From Vicugna vicugna (taxonomy: Eukaryota): a DNA stretch of 64,000 bases. Under the pieces are notes generated by a model. It was not told where the DNA came from and did not search any database. It saw nothing but the letters and a program-made list of their open reading frames with translations. The translations under genes were made by a program, and so were the position numbers. Location of the stretch: the NCBI GenBank assembly GCA_013265495.1, contig MU058198.1:3856419-3920418 (forward strand), read 5' to 3'. This document shows, piece after piece, positions 1 to 10,350 of the stretch (positions are counted from its first letter, which is position 1; the number at the start of each line of letters is the position of its first letter).

Positions 1-689
1 TTTGATTTATCATCTATTGACTTCCTGCTGTAATAGGTGAGGATTAAGCTAACTCTCTCCACCCTCTATATTGATTACCTTTTAATTTCTAAAAATAACA
101 TTAATCTTCATTTCTTTTTCCAGCCACCTTGGATAGAATGTTTTTTTAGCTTCCTACTTTATAAAATGAGGAAGTCCACATACCCCCCCCCCACCTACCC
201 ATATCTGTTGGTTGCATTTTTACTTTTTCATGGCCAAAATTCATTGTATTTGCATTTGATTCTATAAATATGCTAATGTCTTTCATGCTGGGGCAACAGA
301 TTGATGCCGGAGTTTGAAAACCAATAAACATTATTCTGATTATGTAGATAACGTTTGATGCAAAGCTATGTTGTTTTCCAGGATTACATGTTTTTCTTTG
401 TGGTTTCAATGTCACTGAAATCTCTGAGTCATTCAAAGAAAAATGTCCAAATGAAGCCTCCTTTCTAACACTTCACTACTTGTTCAAAATCATGCCATGT
501 ATTTGTTTGGTACAGTATGCATTTTTCCTGGAGTTTCTGATTGATTTGAAGGATTTTTTAAAAGGTTGTTTCAGAGCAAAATTAGGCTTTTTAAACATAA
601 GCCCTGTGGTGGGAAAGAAACCTTTTGGAAAAATCACTCCCCCCCCCATTTTTTTTTTTCTGCTTCCTCAGTACAGTAGTACTTAAGAA

Positions 690-905
690 CTCAGTCTCCA
701 CAATCAGATTGCTTGCACTCAAATCCCAGGTCTACCGCATATAATTTGTGTGACACTGGGTGTGTTACTTAATCTCACTGTGTCTCAGTTTCTTCATCTA
801 TAAAATGGGGATTATTATTGTCCCTACTCATAAGGTTGCTGTAGGAATTGAACGAGTTTGTATTTGTAACAGCACTTAGAACTCTGCCTGGCACACTTCA
901 GTATG
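690..905 (+). mobile_element. MIR SINE (representative; similar + copies near 13150, 14790, 16525, 30830, 48230, 57580, 58490, 58950, 62570)
   Basis: Core tgtgtgacactgggtgtgttacttaatctcactgtgtctcagtttcttcatctataaaatgggg. Confidence 0.88.
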
Positions 906-1468
906 AACGGTGTTGGTGGTTACCGTCTTCCTGTGATACGCAGGACAGAATCGGACAGCACCTGTCCATCTGCATTGTTCTGCCAAAAGCAAGGACTCAT
1001 CCCAGCCATGGTTACCACCGTCCTTGTAGTCTCCAAGAATCTTCATAGGTCTTTGCTTCCCTGTGGCAAAGCCAATGATACAGCTGATGGAAACCGTACC
1101 GGGAAACAAAATTCATAGTCTTTGGTGATGCGACTTGGGCCTGAGTCTTTTCAAACTGGTTGATGAAGGTGCTCAAAACTTCAGAGAATCTGTATTCTTG
1201 AATATCCCTCCACTGAGCCACATTAAGGAAACATCAGCACTTAAAAAATAACAGTAGCAAGGGCGCCCTGAGTGTCCGTACGCATTCTCCCACTCAGTCC
1301 CCTCAAGAGCCCTCTGGGGGATCATACGCATTTTGCTTGATGAGTAAATGGAACTCAGAAAAGTAATTGTCTCAAATTCTCACAGCTAATGAATAATGGT
1401 CCGGGGAGGATTCAACCCCAGGTCTTTGAAGCCTGAAAACTGATGTCCTGAATGCTGGTGTTATAGCC

Positions 1469-2833
1469 CAGGGTTCTCCAAGTGTGTTCTGCTCACCCCA
1501 AGGCCATTTCATAGGGTTCTGCAAAGTCAACACTATTGCACAGAGATAATAAGATGCGATTTGCCTTTTTTACTGGGTTGACATTTGCACGGATGATGCA
1601 AAAACAATGAGGGGGCAGCACTGCTGGAACCTCAGCATGAGTAACGGCAGTGGCACCCAGTGTGGTACTAGTTGTCATCGTATGCAGCACCACCACACAC
1701 TCACAGTGAAAGGAAGTGCTAATTTCACTCTGAAATGTCCCTGATGAAGCAGTAACATTAATTTTATTAAATGTTACTGAATCCTGAACCTCGTATGTAA
1801 CAAAATGGAAACGATCCGTAAAGCACTTCCGCTATAAACAAAAGGACACTTCTGGTCTCCAACAAAGGCATTTGTGCAACTGAGTTGCGAGCTGAACTAG
1901 CTGCTTTTTTTTCCCCCATGAAACACCGTATTTACTTGAAAGAATGACTGACAGGCAAATTATGGTTATTCAGGCTTGGGTATTTGGCAGACATTTTCTT
2001 GAAAATGAGCTAAGTGAGCCTGTCACTTCAAGGAAAGCAATTGACAGTATTTATTGCCAAGGGAAAAACTCCAGATTTCAAGTAAAAATTATAATTCTGT
2101 TTCTGTGTGCCCCTGTGAATGAATGCAATTTTTTTGGATTGTGTAAGGAACTGTGCCAAATTTGGAAGGTCTGTATAATCCAGTGAGGTGCCATTTTCTG
2201 AATGACCAATGCATGATGTTACAAATTATCCCAGGGTAAAAGATTCACTCAAAATGCAGGATTAGAAAGAGCAATGGGTTTTAATGCACTAGAGCATAAA
2301 AAGTTAATGAATATGATTTCAGATTCCACATTGCAACTGGCCATTAAGAAACTACCACTTGTTGAGTTTTGGTGTAGTATCAAAGAAGAAGAGCCACAAT
2401 TATCTTCAAAGGCTGTTCAAAGTCTCCTATCTTTGCCAACCACATATTTGTATGAGGCTAGATTTTATACACATACTTCAAAAAAACAACATTTGGCAGC
2501 AGATCAAATGCAGAAGCCCATATGAGAATTTAACTGTCTTCTTATTAAGCCAGACACTGAAGAAATTTGCAAAAATGTAAAACCAAATGCCACTCTTCTC
2601 ACTTTTTTTTTGTTTTAGAAAATATAGCTATTTTTCATATAAATATGATATTTATGTTAACAGGCAATCTGACTTATCATTCTTTTCAAATGAATTTTAA
2701 AATAAATATTTTAAAATTTTAGAGTTTTATTTTCCAGTACAGGAATATTGACAGATAGGACCCACAGAAACAAAAGCTCCCTAATTTGCACAAGGGTAAA
2801 AGAATTCTGAGATCAAAAAATTGGAGAATTTCT
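1469..2833 (+). mobile_element. hAT-Charlie DNA transposon fossil (Charlie1-like, internally deleted)
   Basis: Inverted terminal core ttctccaa (1474) / ttggagaa (2821). Degenerate transposase C-terminus at 2274-2525 (LPLVEFWCSIKEE.PQLSSKA...LPTTYLYEARF) resembles the hAT dimerisation domain. Frameshifts and stops throughout. Confidence 0.85.
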
Positions 2834-3429
2834 CCACAGCTGTATTTTCACTCTGCTGACAAACTTCAAGTGGTTGAGGAGACAAACGAAAGGAGCCATT
2901 TTCGTACTTCTGTCAGAAGATTTCCTTCTTGTTCTGCCTTTTCTTCTCCACTGGGAGCTGAAACACAGTCCCTAGGTGCACTCCAGACTCTGTTTTTGAG
3001 TTCTCTTTAGTTGCAGCTAAGCTCAGCCATTGTTCTGCCATCACTGGGATGTAAGAGGCAACGTGAGATTTCAGCAGGTGCTGAAAGAGGTGTCTTTGAT
3101 TAAAATGCAACCCTGCCGGGATCAAGTTTGACAGGATTCATCGAGTCTTGTGTCTTTGTTCACAAACAGCGACAAAGCTTAGCCACGTCTCCACGAGGAG
3201 GTGAAAGCTTGGGATCTGTGGTGAGACTCCTTACATGTGAGACAAAGCAGAGGGTGGGAAGACTGAGCTGTGATTCCTCAGGTTTTTGGTGGGTGGGGTT
3301 TAAATTTATGAATCATCCACTTTCTACACCAAATTAAAAGAGACTGTGTGTGGAGATGGAAAGTTTAGGGACTGGAAGGGACTATTGGGCAGACATTTCT
3401 CATGCTGGGCCCTGGGAAACAGAAAGAAA

Positions 3430-3650
3430 GGGAAAATTGAAGAGAGGTTTGGGGATGCTGCCGGGACCACATGTTCCTGTCTGTTGCTTTTTCAACCCCA
3501 CCTCCATCTCCCTTCTTCTGGTAACAGTACTCTGATTTTCTTTTTGGGTCACCATGTCACCCTACCTCTCTATCCTCTGTCCATGTGGTTTGAGTGGAAC
3601 TGACTCTAGCCTGACTCACAGGATGAGCATGTGACCCAGGAATGACCTTG
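3430..3650. mobile_element. Old MaLR LTR fragment (MLT1-like)
   Basis: ccatgtggtttgagtggaactgactc...gagcatgtgacccagg is typical of old MLT1 LTRs. Confidence 0.5.
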
Positions 3651-3669
3651 ACGATTATTATAAGGCATC

Positions 3670-3872
3670 AAGAGTTTATGGTCTGCCCTCCATGGGACAT
3701 TTGAATATGTCTGCCAACATTTTTGGTCATCACAGCTTGGTAGGGATGTGCGGCAGTACTACTGGCATCTGGTGGCATCAGGGTTGTTTCTAAATTCTGC
3801 AATGCATAGGACAGCCCCCACGACAGAATTTTCCAGTTGCACATGTCAACAGTGCTGGGGCTGAGAGCCCTG
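3670..3872 (+). mobile_element. MER20-like hAT MITE
   Basis: Recognisable MER20 segments gggacatttg...tttttggtcatcac...tactggcatctgg...tgcaatgcataggacagcccc...gtcaacagtgctggggctgagagccctg. Confidence 0.7.
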
Positions 3873-3879
3873 ATCGAAA

Positions 3880-5240
3880 GGTGATGGGAAGCCATTGAAA
3901 GGCTTTAAGCAGAGGAGTGATGTGATCCAAACCAACATTTTAAAAATTATAGTCAGGTTCCATGTGGAAACAGATTTTAGAGATGTAAGAATGGAACAGA
4001 GGGACAAGCTTGGCGGGGGTGGGGTGGGGGTGGCTATGGCAATAACCCCAGTGACAGACTGTAGAAGTTTGGAAAGAAGTTTGACCTGGAAATACATATT
4101 CGCAAATCATCAATGGCAAAGGGTAAATAAAGCCTTGGGTTGAGAATAAGAGCCTCCAATAAGGTTGTGAAAAATAAGAGAATAGAACTGAAGACAGAGC
4201 CTTTGAAAGCATCCATGTATGGCACGTAAAATAATGATAATATCTAATACTATTTGACAGTTGATGTGGCAGCTACTACGCTAAGTCATTTACATGATCA
4301 CATTTGACCCGTTTGACAATGCTTATCATCACCGTTTTACAGATAAAACTTAGGCTCCGAAAGGTTAAGTAACTGGCCCAAGGTCACACAGCTAGCTATT
4401 GTCCAAGCCAGAATTTGAAATCAAATGATATGGCTATGTAACCTTTCCCCTTAACTACCAAGCTGCCTCCCTGGATCAAGAATTTTCCAAAATAAAAGTG
4501 ACAACACTCACAAGAGAGGGATGGATGGGAGTTAGAGAGATGAAGGGATGAGGTAGTGTGCCGGGGACGGAGAACAGCATATATGGATGTCTGGAGGCTG
4601 GAAAGAACACGGTATCACAGAGGAACAAAAACATTCAGTCACGACTGGAGACAGGTACACATTCCTAGGGGGGGTGAGTATGGGGAATGGCAGGGCCCAC
4701 GTCATGCAAATCCATGGAAGGTATGTTAGGCTGAACTTCATCCTGGGGGCAACAGGAATCCTTTGGAAAAGTTACAGTGGGAGCTGAAAAATCTGAGATG
4801 ATAAGGTTTTCATTTTTGAGGCTCATTGTGGATGAAGTGTGGACCGTGGAGGGGAGAATGGAAGAGAAATATTTTATATTCCTCTTGGCTTTAGTGCAGT
4901 AATCCAAGAGCAATGGTGGAGTCCACTCTTAGGGAGGTGGCCGAGGTGATGGAGACATTGGCCATCACCTTGGGAGGTGTGCAAAACCTGGAATCAACAG
5001 AAGTTCCTATGTGTTGTTTGTCAAAGGTGAGGGAAAACGATGTCAGAGGACTCTCGTAATTCTGGCTTTCACCTTCGGATGGGCAGTGATGCCCGATACC
5101 AATGGGAAGTTTTTAACAGGAAATGGTGAGTTTGGTTTTTAAATATGTTGAATTTACAGCTCCCCATCTAACATTCAAAGGGAAGAGGGGATGTTAAGAG
5201 GGTCCCTGGGTACACTGATCCAGGACTTATGAGAGATGTC
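3880..5240 (-). mobile_element. L2 LINE fragments interrupted by a MIR (4230-4460)
   Basis: gggaagccattgaaaggctttaagcagaggagtgatgtgatc and tgagtttggtttttaaatatgttgaattt are antisense L2 signatures. Confidence 0.65.
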
Positions 5241-5869
5241 TTGTCTAATTTCTTCCTTTTTGATCGGAAAATAAACGTGTACTTTCCAACCTCTGCTAAT
5301 TCTAACAGAGGCAAACGGTGACAGGTCATTAGATGAGGTTCTGTGTGACAGATTAACTGATGTTAAAAGTCTGAATGCAACATCAGGAGGGCACTGCCAG
5401 TCTAATTGGGCACAGACAGTGTTTACTGGGTCATGAAAAGGAAGCTGTGTCTAACCATCATTTCAGCCCCCTCTCCTTCCATTTCTAACTTATCTTCTAG
5501 TTTGGGGTGAACACGAAGGAATCTTTTCATAAATGGTGACCTTTTGAAATTTGAAATGATGGTTTCTGGTTAATTTCCATTCCAGCCCTAGGGCTGCTGC
5601 TTGAAGGTCATGAGCTTGAAGCTCTGGACTTGTCTCTTAGCCCCGTGCTCTCAACCAGCATTGGAAAAGGGCAGTGCTGTTTTCATCCTCAAAATGCCCG
5701 TCATTTGGATAAAGGATTGTCATTCATAATTGTGTGACCACACACTGAGGATGAAAACTGTACAAAGTGCCGAGTTTATGTTACTAACAAGACTCAATCT
5801 GTTCTGTTCAGGAGAGTTGGGGAATATTTTGTTTGAGGTTATAATAGGACATAATAGGACAGTAATACT

Positions 5870-6400
5870 GTTGTATTCATTCCCCTAGAATTCATTCATT
5901 TGCAAGTGAATTCATTCATTTCCAATTCTAGTTGACTTAAGGAGGGAGAAAGAGAGAGAGACAGAGAGACAGAGAGACAGAGAGAGAGAGAGAGAAATTG
6001 ACTTTAGGGGCTCACATACCTAAACACTAAAGGTATGACTTGATGTATCAAATTCATAAATGCATTATTTCTCTAACTGTTCTTTCCCCTGCTTCCTCTC
6101 TGTTGACTCCATCTCAGAGCAATAGATGAAGGACTCAGAGACACAGATGTATAACAGCAGCTCTCAGGGCTATATTCTTCTATGCTTGAATTCAACAGAA
6201 GAATATGAGTTTCCGTCCCAGCAAGTCTAAGTCTCATGGCATTTCGTTGGCTCTGATTAGGTCCATGTCTATTATTGAACCAGCCACTGTAGACAAGGGT
6301 CTGCAGGGGCTGATCCGCTAAGCCCCGAGTCATGTGCTCCAGCCTTGCAGTAAGAGGGGCATAGCTGCCCCAGAGATAATTATGATGCTGAACCACAAGC
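5870..6400. mobile_element. Old MaLR LTR (MLT1J/K-like) containing a (GA/GACA)n tract
   Basis: ctctgattaggtccatgtctattattgaaccagccactgtag resembles MLT1; GA-rich microsatellite at 5941-5995. Confidence 0.5.
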
Positions 6401-7179
6401 ATCATTAATCAATTACCTGTCAGGCTCCGGTCTAAGCGGTATGCACGCTTTTCCTTTGCTACTTGGATCAACCTTTGAGGTAGGTACTGTTGTCATCTCC
6501 CCTTTTAATGATGCGGAAAGCCGCTTGCCCGAGGACCCACGGCTGGTAAATGACAAAACCAAGTTAGAGAAAGGTGGAGGAATCGTCTCCAAATCCCACA
6601 GGTGGCAGATGATGGAGCCACAATGCAATGAACTCAGGCAGCCTTTCACCACAGCCTGGGCTCTTATTGCCTGTGCTGCGATACCACCCTAAATGACAAT
6701 AGGGTTACCGGGTGTCCACTGTCGCTGGACACTTCACAGTTACAAAGGGCTTTCATATAAGACTTCATCCCTCACAGCTTCATGAATGAGTCAGGACCTG
6801 GGTGCATTATCCTCACTTTCTGATGAAGAAGTTGAGGTTCAGGTTAATTGAGTGATTTGCTCCAGGTCAAACATCAAGTGAAAGGTGGAACGGGGACTAG
6901 AATCCCCCGCCCCTCCTTTCTGACTTTGCAATCATGTAGCTTAAGAGTTTAGTAAATGTATATGAAGCCACATGGGCCTAGAGACTCGTACTGGGCTCAT
7001 TGCAGGCTAGTCCTGGACACTTTACCCCTTAGCTACCATGTTAACTTCCTTCCGTCTTTGAGAATCCCAAAAATTTGGACGCAAAGCTGCTCTAGATACT
7101 AAAACTGCAAATTGAGCTGTTTATGAAACAGGTCACCCACACTGAATTGAATTACGACCTTTTTCTTTGATTAAATTCA

Positions 7180-8800
7180 CTCACACGCATAATAGATCTG
7201 TATCTGTTTCTGGATTTTCTACTCTTTCCTTTCAATCTATACTTCCATCTCTGAGGTTTTATTATACTGTTGTTTGAATTAACACCATAGGTTTTTAAGA
7301 TTCTCAATATCAGAAGGGCAAATGCTTCTTTATAATGCTTCTGTACCTACCTGTTCTTAGTTCTTTTGATTTTCCCAATGACTTTTCTGATCGTTCTGTC
7401 AAGTTGCCAGAGAAACGGGATATTAATAAAAATGTAATGAATGGAATTATTTGGGCACAATCGACATATTCCAAACATGGAATGTTCCTCATTTAAAAAC
7501 ATCATAAATCTTCCATGTATTAACATTTCCTTTGATGTCTTTTAGAAAAGTTGTGCTATTTTCCTCATTCAAGCCTGTGCATTGATTGGGTACATTATTT
7601 TTAGGTAGCTTTTATATTCTTGGTTTCTAATGTTAATGGGTAATGTTTTCCAGGACGTTTTCTAAACAGTTAGTGTTACTGGTATGTGAGAAAGCGACTG
7701 ATCTGTATTCATCTATTTGTAAGCAGCTTGGACTTACTTCTTGCTGCCAATTGCATTGGAATTAATTTCATTTGGTTTTCCAGACTGATTTCCAGCCATC
7801 ATATCATCTGCAAATAATAGAATTTTTTTTTCCTGCTCTCTTTTCTTTGAGGCTCAGAGATTAGTGGTCAACAATGATGGTGTTTAGAGACCACTTGGCC
7901 TTGCTTCTCACTATAATGGTGATGCCTGTGGACAGTGTTTCTCAAAATGTGCTTACAGATCGAGGTATAAATCCCAGGATTTATGCAGACCTAGTAGCCT
8001 GCAGTTTAGCGAACTCCTAGAGTGATTCTTGATCCTCTAAGGTGAAGAGCTGTTTCAGGGTTTCACCAACAAGTATGGTATTTGCTATTGGTTTAGATTT
8101 CTAGCAATGTCTAACTCACTAAGAATTTTAATTGTGTATGGAGGCTTACATTTTTGGATGTCTCCTGAGATCATAAGACTTTTCTCCATTGGTTTGTTAA
8201 TAAGATAAGATGTTTTAATGCCTTTCACAGTAGCAAATTATCTTCATTTTTTGTAATACATGCTTTTGGAGTATATTTTATTGTTGATACTACAATGCTG
8301 AAATGGATCTGCTAATATATAATTTAGGGGTTTTCTCTATATTTGTCAATAAAATGTGTCTGTAGTTTGCCTTTTATATGTTACTTGTGTTAAGTTTTGA
8401 TGTCAGAGTTGCGGTACCCTGGTAAAATGATTTTCTGTGCTCTGGAATAGATTCAACAGCATGGAAATTTTTGTGTAAAACCCTCTGGGCCTGGGGCCTT
8501 TTTGAAAGTAGCTCATTGACAACTTCTTTCATGTCTTACTTGTCTATATTGGGCCTTTTTCTGGAGTCATTTTTGTTTCCTAGAAAACCATTCACTTCAT
8601 AGAAATGTATAAATGTTTTGGTATAGAGTTGAACACTGTGATTGCTTGTAGATTATATTCTTGCAAGTCTATCTTTTTTTCCTTTGCTATTTTCTCATTT
8701 TGTCTACAATTGCATTTATAGTTGCTGTTGTTTCTTCCAAGATTGTGCCACTGCGTTGACTTTCTGGCTTCAATTTTTAGCCTTTGAGTTTTCGTCTCTT
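7180..8800 (-). mobile_element. Ancient L1 (L1M-type) ORF2 remnant, antisense, with a MER5-like insert near 7930-8050
   Basis: T-rich antisense L1 phrases: atcatatcatctgcaaataatag, ccttgcttctcactataatgg, ccctctgggcctggggcctttt. Confidence 0.7.
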
Positions 8801-8899
8801 TCTGTTTTTTTTTTTTTTAAATGTATCTTTCAAGAAGCTGGGAAAAACTGTTTGAAGGCAGCTAGCCAAATGCATTTTGAGCAACATGGTTTTGCTCTT

Positions 8900-9340
8900 G
8901 GGACTTTTTAACCCAGATTTAAAGTTTCATCTTGTTCAGATTGGCAGGTCTTAATGTGAAGAAGCCCTTTTGGGGATCCCAACGCTCATCCAGCAAAGGC
9001 ACTAGAGTTCCCAGCCAAGTGTCATCTGCCAGTGTGATTGACCAACTTGCCACTCCGATTCTCACAGAGTCATTGATAAAATCATTGAAAAAGACAAGCT
9101 CAAGAACATAGCTCCGTGGTAAAGAATTAGCCAAGCAGGGAGGGTATAGCTCAGCGGTAGAGTGCATGCTTAGCATGCAAGAGGTCCTGCGTTCAATCCC
9201 CAGTACCTCCACTTAAATAAATAAATACTTAACTACCCCCCCCAAAAATTAAAATTAAAAAGAATTAGCCAAGTAGGATCACCATCAGAAGACTCATCTG
9301 AGTGTAAACTCACTTCAGGGTCACTGAAAAGCTAGTGTCC
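8900..9340 (-). mobile_element. CR1/L3-type LINE reverse-transcriptase fossil, split by a SINE
   Basis: Minus-strand translation SLPRSYVLELVFFNDFINDS...ITLADDTWLG aligns by eye with the CR1 RT core GVPQGSVLGPVLFNIFINDL...KFADDTKLG. Confidence 0.7.
9136..9258 (+). mobile_element. tRNA-Ala-derived SINE (camelid Vic-1-like) with perfect 15-bp TSD
   Basis: GGGAGGGTATAGCTCAGCGGTAGAG...GTTCAATCCCCAGTACCTCCA plus A-rich tail; TSD AAAGAATTAGCCAAG at 9121-9135 and 9259-9273. Confidence 0.9.
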
Positions 9341-9569
9341 CTAATGCTGGCTGAGTAAACGTTATTCACTCACTTATTTCACATGCATTAAGTATTTTCT
9401 TTGGGTAAGGAAGTCACCTTGCTTGTCTCAGACACACAAAGCTGAAAAGATGTGACTTCCTTTCCTTAGGCACTTGGGCTATGAAGAAAATCCTTTCTTA
9501 GTTATGTGGACTCACAAGGCTACCTCACACCATTAGTTTTTTTTTCTTACATCTGCAAATACAGATTAA

Positions 9570-10350
9570 GTTTCCTCTTCAAAAATTACAAAAGTAACAT
9601 GTTTACTGTAACCAATGAAACCATCCAAAGATAGAAAAAGAAGTAATAATATACTCTGCTCAGTTCCCACCCTGTCCCCACCCCTCCCCACTCCAAAGTA
9701 ACCGATGTTAACAGCCAGATGTGTTTCCTCCACGTCTGCTCCACCCTCAAAACACATATGCACAAGGGAGGAGGCACTGTGTGACTTTTTAAGTTGAACC
9801 ACACTGCAGATATTAGCCTGACCCTTGCTTTTCTCTCTCAATACATCATGGATATCCAGACTCATAGATATAGAGAACAAACCAGTGGTTATCAGTGGGG
9901 GAGTGGGGGAGGGGCACTTGTGGGTAGGGTGCTGAGAGGTACAAGCCATTGGGTGTAAGATTTGCTCGAGGATATATTGTACAACAAGGGGAACAGAGCC
10001 AATATTTTGTAATAACTGTGAATGGACAGTAAATTTAAAATAGTATAAAAAATTTTTAAAATAAAAAATATGTATCATTCTGGGTCAATAGGCACAGATC
10101 TAACTCAATCTTTTTAATAGCTACATAGAATGAATCACTTCAGTGTATTCAACCATTTCCCCATTAATGGGCAACTCTTGTTTCCAATTTTGTTTGGTTT
10201 TGTTGTGTTTTTGGTCATTCTTACACGTGTATCTTTATGGACTGGTGCTTTTACTTTTAGAAGCTAGATTTCCAAAAGTGAGATTGCTGAATCAAAAGAG
10301 ATAATGGCTTATAATTTTCATAGATATCGACAGATTATTATCATGAAAGA
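9570..10350 (-). mobile_element. Old L1 3' end (antisense) interrupted by a younger sense L1 3' end at ~9855-10070
   Basis: Outer: gtgtattcaaccatttccccattaatgggca...agattgctgaatcaaaag. Inner: cagactcatagatatagagaacaaaccagtggttatcagtgggg...gatatattgtacaacaaggggaacagagccaatattttgtaataac. Confidence 0.7.

Noticed and set aside
9138..9211. tRNA-Ala gene (and the eight similar loci)
   Set aside because: A-rich tails, TSDs, stem-breaking substitutions and nine diverged copies in 64 kb indicate SINEs, not tRNA genes.
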